A DNA stretch of 64,000 nt, taken from positions 3,838 to 67,837 of the forward strand of contig JBHPHU010000003.1 of the NCBI GenBank assembly GCA_042571405.1, read 5' to 3'. The stretch's first letter is position 1, and the number at the start of each line of letters is the position of its first letter. This document shows, piece by piece, positions 38,549-49,043 of the stretch. Position numbers and translations under genes: made by a program. The notes beneath the pieces are model-generated. The model worked only from the letters and a program-made list of their open reading frames with translations, searched no databases and had not been told where the DNA came from. Source of the stretch: Candidatus Omnitrophota bacterium (GTDB taxonomy: Bacteria > Omnitrophota > Gorgyraeia > Gorgyraeales > Gorgyraeaceae).

Positions 38549-41500
38549 ATGCAAGTAGAAGTAAAAGGCTCAAAAAAATTGAATATCTCTGAAAATTGTC
38601 TAAAGGTACTCGAGAGAAGATATCTGAAAAAAGACAAAGAGGGAAAAATTATAGAGACCCCGGAAGAGATGTTCGCCAGGGTCAGCCGCCACATAGCATC
38701 AGCAGATAAACTTTACGGCGCGACAGATGCTGATGTAAAAAAGACAGAAGATAATTTTTATAATATGATGAGTAGTTTTGAATTTATGCCGAATAGCCCC
38801 ACCCTAATGAACGCGGGAAAGGATCTTGCTCAGCTCTCAGCTTGCTTTGTTTTGCCCATAGAAGATTCCATGGAGTCTATATTTGAAGCAGTAAAGAATA
38901 CTGCTTTGATTCATCGGTCCGGTGGTGGAACAGGATTTAGCTTTTCAAGGCTGCGTCCTAAAAATAGCGTTGTTCGCTCTACCGGAGGCGTCTCAAGCGG
39001 TCCTGTTTCTTTTATGAAGGTATTTAATGCTGCAACTCAAGCTGTGAAGCAGGGAGGGTGTGTAGAAGAAAATACAATTATAGCTACAGAGAAAGGTCTT
39101 CTGCCGATCAAAGAACTTGGCAGCGCATCACCTGGATATTATGATAACCTATATCTCAAAGTTTGTAGTGATGATGGTTTAAAGATGGCAGATCAGTTTT
39201 ACAATAATGGTATTCAACCAGTGAAGACTATAATTACAAAGGAAGGTTATAAATTTACTGCAACCCTGAACCATAAGATCAGAGTTATTGACAGTGAAGG
39301 TAACTATGTATGGAGAGAATTAAAGGATGTAGAAGAGGGCGATTGGGTTGCTTTACAGATGGATACATTTACAGGGAAGAGACTTAAATTTGAGAAATTT
39401 ATCAGAGATTTTCATTTTAATGCTAAAACGTGTAGTTTGCCTTCTGAGATGGATATGGGTTTAGCGGAATTGATTGGTTACTACATAGGAGATGGCTGTT
39501 TCCATAAAGGAAAACTAATGTTGGCAGTCCCTCATGATTGTTTAGAGCTTAAGGACTATTTTGACAATCTCGTTAATAGAATCTTTAATATTAACAGTCG
39601 AGTCGAACAAAAAATAGATGATAAAAGCATTAATTTGATCTACCACAGTCAGATGCTTGTTGAATGGCTGAAATCTATAGGTGTTAATAAATTAGATTCA
39701 CTGCACGCATTTATACCGGAAGTGATTTTAAAAGGTAACAGAGAATGCGCTGAGGCTTTTGTGAAAGGTTTATTCGAGGCAGATGGGACGATTGATAAAC
39801 AAGGTTATAGCATTACTTTGACTTCTATTTCTCAAAAATTAATAGATCAATTACAAGTTCTATTGCTAAGTTTAGGCATACCTTCGCGTGTCCGGATTAA
39901 CGCAAATAGAGAATCTTCTCGTGGAAAAAATAAACTTTATATTTTAATGATTTCCACTCCAAAAGGATTGGAAACCTATAAAAAAAGAGTAGGTTTTTTA
40001 AGTAGAAAGAAGAAAGAAAGACTTAATCATATTATAAAAAGAGATGTTAGCTACAATGATATTATTCCAAATCAGTCAAAACAGTTTAGAGAATTTTATG
40101 AGAATCTGATATTAAAACCGAGAAATCAATTTTATAGGAAGGTTTACCATTATCTTGATGGTATAAGAGATGAAAGAAGTCTTACGCGTGCTAAGGCTGA
40201 AACTCTGGTGGAAGAATACGATTTTTTACAAGAGAGTTTTATTGAAGACATCCTTTCTAAAAATCAGTATTATGGCCGAGTAGAAAAGGTTAGCTTTTCG
40301 CATACACGCACCTTAGATTTAGTCGTACCTGATGGGCATACATACATTGCCAATGGTTTTGTCAGTCATAATACTCGTCGTGGCGCAAACATGGGAATGT
40401 TGCGTGTCGACCACTCTGATATCTTGGAATTTATTAAATGTAAAGAAGATGACAAAGAGATAACCAACTTCAATATTTCTATTTCAATTACGGAAGATTT
40501 TATGAATCGTGTTATAGAAGATAAAGAGTATGATTTGATAGATCCTCATACAAAAAAGACTACAGGAACCCTGAAAGCCAAAGAGGTTTTTGAACTTATT
40601 GTTGAAAAGGCATGGAAGAACGGAGAACCCGGAATTATTTTTATTGACAGGATGAATAAATTTAACCCTACACCAAAGCTAGGGCAGTATGAGTCGACTA
40701 ACCCATGTGGGGAGCAAATTCTGCTACCTTTTGAAAGCTGTAACTTAGGTAGTATAAATCTCTCAAAAGTAGTAGTCGAGAAAAACGGAAACAGCCAAGT
40801 AGATTGGGAAAAATTAAAAACTTTGGTGCATCATGGTGTGCATTTTCTAGATAATGTAATCGACAAGAATAAGTTTCCTTTAAAGGAAATAGAAGAGATG
40901 ACCAAGAGGAATAGAAAGATTGGTCTTGGAGTAATGGGTTTGGCAGATATGTTGATCAAGCTCGAGATACCTTATAATAGTGATAAGGCAATAGAGTTAG
41001 CGGAAAAGGTCATGAGTTTTATAAGCGAAACAGCCATAGATAAATCTCGAGACTCAGTACGAACAAGAGGTTCGTTCCCTTCATTTAATGACAGTGTGTT
41101 TGCAGAGAAGGGCGAAGAGAAAATGCGGAATGCTACCTTGACAACTATTGCGCCCACAGGCACCATTTCAATTATATCCAATGCCTCGAGCGGCATAGAG
41201 CCTCTGTTTGCGATCTCGTATTGCAGGAATGTCATGGATAACGACAAGCTGATCGAGGTAAATCCATTATTCGAAGAGATCGCGAAAAAAGAAGGGTTTT
41301 ATTCCAGAAAGTTAATGGAAGAGATAGCTGATAAAGGTTCTGTGAGGGACATAAAAGAGGTGCCTGAAAAATACAGGAAGATATTTGTTACTTCGCACGA
41401 TATCGCGCCTATCTGGCACATAAGGATGCAGGCGGCATTCCAGAGGCATACAGACAACGCGGTATCAAAGACAGTAAATTTTCACAATGAAGCTTCCAGG

Positions 41501-42154
41501 GATGATGTGAAAGAGGTTTACATGCTTGCGTATAAATTGGGTTGCAAGGGTGTAACTATTTACAGGGATAAAAGCAGGGAGGAACAGGTGTTGAATATAA
41601 GCTCAAAAAAGACAAAAACAGAACCAGCCAAAGATACTGCTACAAAAGAGAAACACGTTGCGCCGCGTCCAAGACCTGCAGTGACAACAGGTACAACTAC
41701 AAAGGTCAATACAGGCTGTGGCAACCTTTATATTACTATAAACGTAGATGATAATGCCATGCCTTTTGAGGTATTTATCCAGATGGGAAAGGCAGGCGGC
41801 TGTGCCGCGAGTCAGCTTGAAGCAGTGGGAAGACTTGTGTCTCTGGCACTTCGTTCCGGTGTGGAAAATAAGAAGATCGTGTCCCAGCTAAGGGGTATAC
41901 GCTGCCCGTCACCGTCATGGGAAAAAGGCGGGAGGATCTTCTCATGCGCTGATGCTATTGCCAGGGTACTGGAACTTAGGCTGGGCAATGGAAAGATGCA
42001 TCACAAAGAAGAAGAACTGGAAAAACATTCTCCTCATACAATGATAGAAGATAAGCTGGGCAATGTCGTAGGCGTGTGCCCTGATTGCGGCGCCGCATTA
42101 CGCCATGAAGAGGGCTGTGTAGTCTGCCGCTCATGTGGTTATTCAAAGTGTTAA
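38549..42154 (+). CDS. nrdJ: Class II (B12-dependent) ribonucleotide reductase with intein
   Basis: [32 protein letters not shown]-terminal TSCPD-like domain and Zn ribbon; ATG 38549 follows AGGAGG. Confidence 0.93.
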   Translation: MQVEVKGSKKLNISENCLKVLERRYLKKDKEGKIIETPEEMFARVSRHIASADKLYGATDADVKKTEDNFYNMMSSFEFMPNSPTLMNAGKDLAQLSACFVLPIEDSMESIFEAVKNTALIHRSGGGTGFSFSRLRPKNSVVRSTGGVSSGPVSFMKVFNAATQAVKQGGCVEENTIIATEKGLLPIKELGSASPGYYDNLYLKVCSDDGLKMADQFYNNGIQPVKTIITKEGYKFTATLNHKIRVIDSEGNYVWRELKDVEEGDWVALQMDTFTGKRLKFEKFIRDFHFNAKTCSLPSEMDMGLAELIGYYIGDGCFHKGKLMLAVPHDCLELKDYFDNLVNRIFNINSRVEQKIDDKSINLIYHSQMLVEWLKSIGVNKLDSLHAFIPEVILKGNRECAEAFVKGLFEADGTIDKQGYSITLTSISQKLIDQLQVLLLSLGIPSRVRINANRESSRGKNKLYILMISTPKGLETYKKRVGFLSRKKKERLNHIIKRDVSYNDIIPNQSKQFREFYENLILKPRNQFYRKVYHYLDGIRDERSLTRAKAETLVEEYDFLQESFIEDILSKNQYYGRVEKVSFSHTRTLDLVVPDGHTYIANGFVSHNTRRGANMGMLRVDHSDILEFIKCKEDDKEITNFNISISITEDFMNRVIEDKEYDLIDPHTKKTTGTLKAKEVFELIVEKAWKNGEPGIIFIDRMNKFNPTPKLGQYESTNPCGEQILLPFESCNLGSINLSKVVVEKNGNSQVDWEKLKTLVHHGVHFLDNVIDKNKFPLKEIEEMTKRNRKIGLGVMGLADMLIKLEIPYNSDKAIELAEKVMSFISETAIDKSRDSVRTRGSFPSFNDSVFAEKGEEKMRNATLTTIAPTGTISIISNASSGIEPLFAISYCRNVMDNDKLIEVNPLFEEIAKKEGFYSRKLMEEIADKGSVRDIKEVPEKYRKIFVTSHDIAPIWHIRMQAAFQRHTDNAVSKTVNFHNEASRDDVKEVYMLAYKLGCKGVTIYRDKSREEQVLNISSKKTKTEPAKDTATKEKHVAPRPRPAVTTGTTTKVNTGCGNLYITINVDDNAMPFEVFIQMGKAGGCAASQLEAVGRLVSLALRSGVENKKIVSQLRGIRCPSPSWEKGGRIFSCADAIARVLELRLGNGKMHHKEEELEKHSPHTMIEDKLGNVVGVCPDCGAALRHEEGCVVCRSCGYSKC
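39059..40372 (+). mobile_element. Intein with LAGLIDADG homing endonuclease (438 aa)
   Basis: KQGG|CVEENT...TLNHKI...IANGFVSHN|TRRGANM; LIGYYIGDG and VKGLFEADG. Confidence 0.93.
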
Positions 42155-42231
42155 ATTAGAAATGTCATTCCCGCGAAAGCCAGCGGCCTTGCCGCTAGGC
42201 AGGCGGGAATCTAAAACCATGGATTTTCTCT

Positions 42232-42304
42232 AATATTGTTCGAGCGAAGCCAAAATATCCTTCTCGACGTTGCTCGAAGAATATTTTGGCGAAGTCGAGA
42301 ACTA
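42232..42304. repeat. REP-like element, copy 3 (inverted, modules nested)
   Basis: AATATTGTTCGAGC..CTTCTCGAC..GCTCGAAGAATATT..GTCGAGAACTA. Confidence 0.7.
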
Positions 42305-42311
42305 TAATCTT

Positions 42312-42857
42312 ATGTCAATTCAACCCGACAACTGGATCAAACGAATGGCTTTAGAATGCGACATGATAAAGCCATTCGAGCCTCAGCAGGTAAAAAATAA
42401 AAACATTTCCTACGGTCTTTCCAGCTTCGGCTATGACATAAGGATCGCTGACGAATTCAAGATTTTTAAGGGCAAAACCACGCTTGATCCAAAAAAAGTA
42501 TCTCCTGACCTATTCGAAGATTTTAAAGGCCCTGTCTGTATTATCCCGCCAACTTCTTTTGTCTTAGCGCGTTCCCTTGAATATTTCAAAATCCCAAGAA
42601 ACGTCCTTGTGCTCTCTACAGGCAAAAGCACCTATGCCAGGATCGGTGTAATAGTAAACATAACCCCATTAGAGCCGGAATGGGAAGGTTACATAACAAT
42701 AGCAATAAGCAACACTTCCTCAAACCCCGCAAAACTTTACTCAAACGAAGGCATTGCCCAGGCAGTCTTCTTCGAGTCAGCCGAAACATGCCAAACCAGC
42801 TACGCAGACCGAAAAGGCAGCTACCAAGCCCAAAAAGAAATAACCCTGCCAAAGTAG
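42312..42857 (+). CDS. dcd: dCTP deaminase
   Basis: [40 protein letters not shown]; start ATG 42312. Confidence 0.93.
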   Translation: MSIQPDNWIKRMALECDMIKPFEPQQVKNKNISYGLSSFGYDIRIADEFKIFKGKTTLDPKKVSPDLFEDFKGPVCIIPPTSFVLARSLEYFKIPRNVLVLSTGKSTYARIGVIVNITPLEPEWEGYITIAISNTSSNPAKLYSNEGIAQAVFFESAETCQTSYADRKGSYQAQKEITLPK

Positions 42858-42871
42858 TAGACCACTATTAG

Positions 42872-42995
42872 TACCCTATAGGGTATGATTACTATATTTT
42901 TATACCCTAACTGGTAGTATATTTTTTAAATAATACCTTATAGGGTATAAAATTAATAAAAAAATCTTGAAATTATACCCGATATGTGATATACT
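42872..42995 (+). promoter_or_regulatory. Repeated TACCC-N4-GGGTA operators and hip promoter
   Basis: Sites at 42872, 42903, 42934 and a degenerate one at 42976 inside TTGAAA-17-TATACT. Confidence 0.75.
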
Positions 42996-43004
42996 TAAAT
43001 TGCC

Positions 43005-43223
43005 ATGAAACAAGATAAGTTACAACAAAACATGATGAATATTTCTTTTCAAATAAAAACTTTGCGGAAGAAAAATGATTTAACACAGATCGAGTTTGCC
43101 AGACGGGCAGGAGTTGGTCTACGTTTTTTAAGAGAGCTTGAACGTGGTAAGACAACAGTAAGAATGGACAAGCTTATGCAAGTTTTGGATTTTCTGGGGT
43201 ATCATCTGGAATTGAAAAGGTGA
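43005..43223 (+). CDS. HipB-like HTH regulator
   Basis: LTQIEFARRAGVGLRFLRELERGK. Confidence 0.88.
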   Translation: MKQDKLQQNMMNISFQIKTLRKKNDLTQIEFARRAGVGLRFLRELERGKTTVRMDKLMQVLDFLGYHLELKR

Positions 43224-43229
43224 TTTTCT

Positions 43230-43553
43230 ATGGATGCATTAAGAAAAGCGCAGGTCTTTTATAAAAATGAATTAGCAGGGAGCATTACAGAAACTCAAAA
43301 CGGCTATACCTTCCAATATGACCATGAATTTTTAAAGAAAAATATTCCGATTTCTATATCGTTACTTCCCAGAGAAGAGCCTTATCATTCAAACGAATTA
43401 TTCCCTTTCTTTAAAGGGCTTCTTCCTGAAGGATGGTATTTGAGTATCGTGAGTGCGACGCAAAAGGTCGACAATAAAGATTATTTTGGTTTATTATTGG
43501 CAAGTGCAAGCAGTGATACCATCGGCGCGGTTACTGTAATAAAAGTGGAATAA
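43230..43553 (+). CDS. Stand-alone HipA N-terminal domain (HipS-like)
   Basis: FQYD, ISISLLP, FPFFKGLLPEGW, DTIGAV. Confidence 0.88.
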   Translation: MDALRKAQVFYKNELAGSITETQNGYTFQYDHEFLKKNIPISISLLPREEPYHSNELFPFFKGLLPEGWYLSIVSATQKVDNKDYFGLLLASASSDTIGAVTVIKVE

Positions 43554-43558
43554 TAAAA

Positions 43559-44422
43559 ATGAGTGAGCAATTTCTTAAAAAGATGTTTAATTCTACCAAA
43601 TGGCCGGTCATAAATTTTGACTTAAGAGAGATATCCCAGGAGGCACAGAAGCTGAGCGGTAAACTTTCCATTTCCGGAGTTCAGCCTAAGCTGTCCGTTA
43701 AGTTGGATAAGAAACAAAATATGTTAATCTCTGTGGCTGAAGGCGGGGAATATATTTTAAAACCGCAAACCCCTACTTTTCCTGATATCCCGGAAAACGA
43801 ACAATGTTGTATGGATATTGCCGAAGAATTAGATATAGATGTTCCGCTTCATTGTTTGATTCCTTTAAAAGATAAGAGTTTTGCTTATGTGGTCAAAAGA
43901 TTTGACCGGGAAAAAAGTGTGAAAATTCACCAGGAAGATTTTACGCAAATTCTTGAACAAGTAGATAAATATAAGGGATCGGTAGAACAAATAGGCCGAA
44001 GACTGAAAGAAATATCTTCAGCGCCGGGTTATGATGTTCAATTATTTTTTGAACGGGTTGTTCTTAGCTTTATTCTTGGCAATGGCGATGCTCATTTAAA
44101 AAATTATTCCATTTCTTATAGAGATAAAGATGATATTCGTTTGACACCCGCTTATGATATTGTATGTTCAAAATTGGTTATTCTCGACGAAGAAGACTCA
44201 GCCATAACTATTAATGGGAAAAAGAATAGATTAGAGCGAGAGGATTTCGATGAATTGGCTGAATATTTAAATATCCCTATAAAAGTTCGGTACGAAAAAT
44301 TTAGAAAGAAGTTTGACCTCATCAGAAAAATCATAAAGATTTCCAATATCGACAAGAAAAAACAACAGCAATTTCTTGAAATAATAAAAGAGAGAGTAAG
44401 CCGTTTAAGATTACCAGAATAA
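43559..44422 (+). CDS. HipA-family kinase toxin (HipT-like)
   Basis: SISGVQPK, YILKP, ENE, RFDR, GNGDAHLKN, LTPAYD. Confidence 0.9.
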   Translation: MSEQFLKKMFNSTKWPVINFDLREISQEAQKLSGKLSISGVQPKLSVKLDKKQNMLISVAEGGEYILKPQTPTFPDIPENEQCCMDIAEELDIDVPLHCLIPLKDKSFAYVVKRFDREKSVKIHQEDFTQILEQVDKYKGSVEQIGRRLKEISSAPGYDVQLFFERVVLSFILGNGDAHLKNYSISYRDKDDIRLTPAYDIVCSKLVILDEEDSAITINGKKNRLEREDFDELAEYLNIPIKVRYEKFRKKFDLIRKIIKISNIDKKKQQQFLEIIKERVSRLRLPE

Positions 44423-44424
44423 GA

Positions 44425-44452
44425 CCAAACAGAAATAACCCTGCCGAAGTAA
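44425..44452 (+). repeat. Degenerate copy of the dcd 3' end
   Basis: 25/28 match to 42830-42857. Confidence 0.8.
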
Positions 44453-44544
44453 AATAATCCAGCATGGCTTGACAAATCACCTTTTTTAGTATAAACTAGA
44501 TTAGTCTAAAATAGATTTTACTAATTATAAGGAGGGCATGGAAA

Positions 44545-45930
44545 ATGAGATTTGTAAATAGAAAATCCGAACTTTCGTTTCTTAATAGGAAATGGGATGA
44601 AAAAAAATCCCAGCTAATAGTTCTTTATGGAAAACGGCGGGTAGGTAAGACAGAGCTAAGCATTCATTTTTCACAGCGTAAACCTCATATTTATTTTTTA
44701 TGCGAGAGAATATCTTCGCATAAACAATTGCAGAAGTTTACCGCTATGGCAGGGGAATACTTTAAAGATGAGTTTTTGTCATCAGATGGATTTAAAGACT
44801 GGGATACAGCCTTCAAGTACATATCAAGCAAAGGCAGGGAAATGATAATTATAATCGATGAATTTCCGTATCTGGCAGAAACCGAAAGCTCAATCCCCTC
44901 TACGTTCCAAAAGGCATGGGATCTCTATTTAAAGGATTCCAAGATTTGTTTAATACTTTTAGGCTCAAGTATTTCAATGATGGAAAAAACAGTTCTTTTC
45001 TATAGGGCGCCTCTATACGGAAGAAGAACCGGACAATTGCTCATAAAACCTTTTAGTTTCATGGATACAATAGAGGTTTTTCCGGATAAAAGTTTTGAGG
45101 AGATTTTATCCATTTATAGTGTTGTCGGAGGGACCCCGCTTTATCTTAACAAGTTTTTTGGTAAAAAATGGATGGATGTAGTTAAGAATGAAATTCTTAC
45201 AAAGGGACAGCCGCTTTATGAAGAGGTCGAGTTTTTGCTTAGGGAGGAATTAAGAGAACCAAGGAATTACTTTGTTATTTTAGAGGCAATATCATTAGGA
45301 AAGCATAAGCTATCCGAGATCATCAATGAGACAGGCTTTGATAAGGGCACGGTTTCTAGATATATTTCGATTTTAGATAGCCTTCAGATAACGAAAAAAG
45401 AAATACCTGTTACCGAAAAGATACCAGAGAAAAGCAGAAAAGGGATTTACAAAATAGATGATAATTTTTTCAATTTTTGGTTTAGGTTCGTATTCAGGAA
45501 TCGATCGCTTCTTGAAGAGGGCAGGATATCCAGAGTCGTATCGGAGATAGAAGGCGCTGGATCTATACTTTTGGCACAAAACTATGAGAAGGCAGCAAAG
45601 GAGATACTGTCAAATTGCCTCGATAAAAGGAAGCCCTATTTACGTTTTGAGTCTTACGGACGATGGTGGGATAAAAATGGAGAGATAGATTTAGTGGCTA
45701 TAAACAATAGTACAAACGAAATTCTTTTTGGCGAAGTTAAATGGTCTAATAGGCTGATCGGAATAAACATCTACGAAGAACTAAAAGAGAAGGCTCAAGA
45801 GGTAGAATGGGGCACAAAGAACAGAAAAGAATATTTTGCAATATTCAGCAAGTCCGGTTTTACAAAGGACCTGAAAGAAAAAGCAAAAGAAGAAGGCATA
45901 TTTTTATTTCATAAGGATAAGTTGATTTAG
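44545..45930 (+). CDS. Archaeal-type ATPase with wHTH and DUF234-like PD-(D/E)XK C-terminus
   Basis: FVNRKSE, YGKRRVGKT, IIDEFPY, LYGRRT, GRWW...EIDLVA..GEVKW. Confidence 0.88.
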   Translation: MRFVNRKSELSFLNRKWDEKKSQLIVLYGKRRVGKTELSIHFSQRKPHIYFLCERISSHKQLQKFTAMAGEYFKDEFLSSDGFKDWDTAFKYISSKGREMIIIIDEFPYLAETESSIPSTFQKAWDLYLKDSKICLILLGSSISMMEKTVLFYRAPLYGRRTGQLLIKPFSFMDTIEVFPDKSFEEILSIYSVVGGTPLYLNKFFGKKWMDVVKNEILTKGQPLYEEVEFLLREELREPRNYFVILEAISLGKHKLSEIINETGFDKGTVSRYISILDSLQITKKEIPVTEKIPEKSRKGIYKIDDNFFNFWFRFVFRNRSLLEEGRISRVVSEIEGAGSILLAQNYEKAAKEILSNCLDKRKPYLRFESYGRWWDKNGEIDLVAINNSTNEILFGEVKWSNRLIGINIYEELKEKAQEVEWGTKNRKEYFAIFSKSGFTKDLKEKAKEEGIFLFHKDKLI

Positions 45931-45983
45931 CAGACCACAAAGGCAGCTACTAATCCCAAAAAGAAACAATCCTACCGAAATAG
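45931..45983 (+). repeat. Second degenerate copy of the dcd 3' end
   Basis: 44/53 ungapped match to 42805-42857. Confidence 0.85.
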
Positions 45984-46055
45984 TTCTCGATTTACCCGCC
46001 TTCAGGTGGATTTGCTCGAACAATGTTCTTCGAGCGAGCGAAGCGAGTCGAGAAG
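45981..46055. repeat. REP-like element, copy 4
   Basis: TAGTTCTCGA..GCTCGAACAAT..TTCTTCGAGC..GTCGAGAAG. Confidence 0.7.
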
Positions 46056-46061
46056 ATTTTC

Positions 46062-46114
46062 TTGACGTCAAGGGTATATTATGGTATACTTATACTATTG
46101 TTTATAAAAGAATT
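46062..46114 (+). promoter_or_regulatory. Promoter of the LRP-motif gene cluster, copy A
   Basis: TTGACG-17-TATACT-TATACTATTGTTTATAAAAGAATT. Confidence 0.7.
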
Positions 46115-46128
46115 TTAGGAGGTATTTT

Positions 46129-47661
46129 ATGATAAAGCTCAAAGGAATTTTTTTTCTTGTTATAGTAGGATTATATCTGTGTGTTAATATATCCGATGCA
46201 TCTGCCCTAAGAATTCCATTGAAAGATGAAAAGTCTTTAGAAACAGTGTCCGGGGTAATGAAGGGTGAATTTACTAATAAATATGGAAAGCTATATGCAA
46301 CTGATGGGAAGGCAAAAGAAGGAAATAAAAATGTCGAAGATCTATTAGATGAAGCAGATGATTTAGGAATAATATTCGTAGATGAACATGGAAAAACTCT
46401 TACTATCGAAAAAATCCGTGATAATCTTATGGTTAACAACGATGAGATAGAAGGTTATCGTGGTGTTCAAATCTTCAGACTTAACGGTAATGACGGAGAA
46501 TTGAAAAGAAATGAAAAATTGTTGGTGTTTTTTAATCGTGGCGCGGGAATTTTTTGGAGGACTATTGACGGACTCTTTTCTATACGTGATAGAAATCATA
46601 TTGAAAGGTTAGAAGCAGAGACAGCAGTGAAAAAAAATATAGTTATTCATGATGAAAAACATGGCGATGTAGCAATGCATCGCGTAAAGTATTCTACGGG
46701 AGAATGGGGATATGAAAGCGATGAGGTTGTTGATAAACATTGGTATAGCTCAGGTTACAAACTTACGATACCTGCAGATAAAGTGAGGTCAGGCGAGATC
46801 AGCACAACTGGTGCCAAAGGAATCAATACTAGCACTACCGGCGGCGGCAATTATGACATAGGCGATTCTCCTACTCAAGGCTTATCTAGAAAAGACAAAA
46901 GAGAAATCGCGAAAAGACAGGCAAAGATAAAAGAAAAAATAGAGAAAGAATTGTACAATATGGCCTATAAAAAGCCGACGGGAGCAAAATATGAAAAGAT
47001 GAAAGAAATGGCATCTGAGATAGGTTATAAGGTTGAAACGAAGCACGAAGGAAACAGAGACTATGTATATGTATATACTGAAACTGGTCATACTATGGCA
47101 AGAGGCAGGGGTGCGCCTGCTAGTGATTCATATGTTGACCGTGATTATGGCGACGCAGACCTACTAGCAAGAGAAAAAGAAGTACTAAAAGCGGTAAATA
47201 GGGCTGATACGCTTCAAGAGGCTCAAGAAATAGCAACTAAAGCAGGTAAGCAGATTGAGCAGAGTGATAGTGGAACATGGTTATGCAGTAGCAGTGGTAT
47301 ACGCGAGGAGAGGCTAGCAAGAAAAGGCTGGGTTTCTAATTGTTTTAGTGACCTTACCTCTACAGAGCTTAGAGATGGAGAGCATTCTATAAAAGAGCTG
47401 GAAGAGTATACAAAGAAAAAACAGAGGCATCGTTCTTACTCGATGATCCATAAGGAGGTTGAGTCTCTTAGACGCTTAAAGCTACTAAAGAGAAAAAAGG
47501 TTGGCGGAATATATTATTATTTCCTAACCGATAGAGGTAAAAAATTATCCCAGCCCCAGATAAATGAATTAATCTCTATGTCTGAATTGCAAAAATATCA
47601 AATCCTCGAAACATCCACAGGGTTTAATATAGTTAATAATAAAATAGCCACCTTTTTATAA
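46129..47661 (+). CDS. Signal peptide + LRIP protein with C-terminal winged-helix-like segment
   Basis: ASA|LRIP at aa 27-30; SIKEL..SYSMIHKEVESLRRLKLL..YYYFLTDRG. Confidence 0.7.
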   Translation: MIKLKGIFFLVIVGLYLCVNISDASALRIPLKDEKSLETVSGVMKGEFTNKYGKLYATDGKAKEGNKNVEDLLDEADDLGIIFVDEHGKTLTIEKIRDNLMVNNDEIEGYRGVQIFRLNGNDGELKRNEKLLVFFNRGAGIFWRTIDGLFSIRDRNHIERLEAETAVKKNIVIHDEKHGDVAMHRVKYSTGEWGYESDEVVDKHWYSSGYKLTIPADKVRSGEISTTGAKGINTSTTGGGNYDIGDSPTQGLSRKDKREIAKRQAKIKEKIEKELYNMAYKKPTGAKYEKMKEMASEIGYKVETKHEGNRDYVYVYTETGHTMARGRGAPASDSYVDRDYGDADLLAREKEVLKAVNRADTLQEAQEIATKAGKQIEQSDSGTWLCSSSGIREERLARKGWVSNCFSDLTSTELRDGEHSIKELEEYTKKKQRHRSYSMIHKEVESLRRLKLLKRKKVGGIYYYFLTDRGKKLSQPQINELISMSELQKYQILETSTGFNIVNNKIATFL

Positions 47662-47668
47662 TATATTT

Positions 47669-47698
47669 AGGGCATCCTCCCCTCCTTAATGATGCCCT
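47669..47698 (+). terminator. Intergenic hairpin
   Basis: AGGGCATC...GATGCCCT; weak U-tract. Confidence 0.4.
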
Positions 47699-47723
47699 AC
47701 AGCTTTCTAATCGGGTATAACTT

Positions 47724-49043
47724 ATGTTTTGTTTACAACAAACAAAAAATCGAATATCCACTAAACTCATCTCGCTTATACTGGCACAGGTGTTTTTATG
47801 CGCGGGCATAGTTTATCCTGACGCGGCTCACTTAAGGCCGATGCTGAAAAGTACTAGGAGTGCTGATTTAGAAATGATCGAAATGATGAAAAAAAAGTAC
47901 AAGAAAAAAAATGAATCCGCTGAGAAAAAGATTTTACCAATAAAACCAGAATATGCATATGCGCCTGCTGATGCCGCGGCAAAACTAGAATTGCAACAAA
48001 AGAAAGATTCTTTAGACAGGACTTATGGCAAGTGGGATGAACAAATAGCTTTTAAAAAAATGGACGAGCTGCAGGAAGAAATACGCCAGAAATTTCAGGA
48101 AGTAGTATCTGATTCTGGTATTAGAATACATCGTGACGACATACTGGCTTTAATGCGCTACAGCGAATATTTTAGGATCTTGATAGAGATCATGGATAGG
48201 TTAGGTGATGATCGGATAGCAGAAAAAACCCACAACTCTATAAAACGCTATCGGAAATTGTCTTCTGATAGAAGGTCAGCAGCCAGAAAAACTTGGTACG
48301 AGAAATACGAAAACATGAAGGATGAACAAACAACTCTTTTCGATGAATTGAAAAATATAAAGACTACGGATTTATTTCTGCATTTTTCTATATGGGATCA
48401 GAAGATAACCAAAAATGTATTTGTGGATTTTTTATTAAAAGAAATTTTAAATCAAGATACAGCAACCTCGAAAAAGCTAGTAAACAATCTGAGAGATTTA
48501 GATAAAAATCGCATCGAATTGGTGCATTGGGATTTAATGAATCGTTTTCCCGGGAAACAAGGCCTTGTTCTATTTCATGGAACAGAAAGCTATAGAGAAT
48601 CAGATCGTTTCCATGATGGGTCAGGTTATTTAACTATACCTGCTTTTTTTACGGATATTCCGGACTATACACAACATTTTGTGAATTCAGAATTGGGCGG
48701 AGCGATGGTCGTGGCCAGGATACCGTTTGAAAAGATATTATATGTCGCACTTCTTTTTACAAAAGACGAGAAAAGCCTTGAGGAGCCTGAAATATCAGTA
48801 ATGCCCGGGCCATTGAGCGAGTTAAATACACAAATTTTTTATATATCAGCACCCGCATATGAAAAATTCAAATTCGAATATATGAAAAAAAGAGCCTCTT
48901 CTTACAGCCTGACGACAATAACCGATATACATGGGAAGTTTCAAGATGATATCGATAACCTCAGTTTTCAAAAAGGGCAGCTTGAATATCAAAGCCCTGT
49001 CATCCTAAAGTCGACTAACAAAAAAGTTAGAGAGTCATTATAG
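47724..49043 (+). CDS. Signal peptide + LRP protein with ADP-ribosyltransferase-like C-terminus
   Basis: LRP at aa 37-39; LFHGT...FFTD...GAMVVARI...EEPEISV. Confidence 0.6.
   Translation: MFCLQQTKNRISTKLISLILAQVFLCAGIVYPDAAHLRPMLKSTRSADLEMIEMMKKKYKKKNESAEKKILPIKPEYAYAPADAAAKLELQQKKDSLDRTYGKWDEQIAFKKMDELQEEIRQKFQEVVSDSGIRIHRDDILALMRYSEYFRILIEIMDRLGDDRIAEKTHNSIKRYRKLSSDRRSAARKTWYEKYENMKDEQTTLFDELKNIKTTDLFLHFSIWDQKITKNVFVDFLLKEILNQDTATSKKLVNNLRDLDKNRIELVHWDLMNRFPGKQGLVLFHGTESYRESDRFHDGSGYLTIPAFFTDIPDYTQHFVNSELGGAMVVARIPFEKILYVALLFTKDEKSLEEPEISVMPGPLSELNTQIFYISAPAYEKFKFEYMKKRASSYSLTTITDIHGKFQDDIDNLSFQKGQLEYQSPVILKSTNKKVRESL

Noticed and set aside
42163-42212. GTCATTCCCGCG...GCGGGAATC hairpin with nested stem, and CTTCGTTAAAGCTGCGG hairpin near 38358-38382
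   Set aside because: Single copies here of common intergenic palindrome types; no further evidence of function
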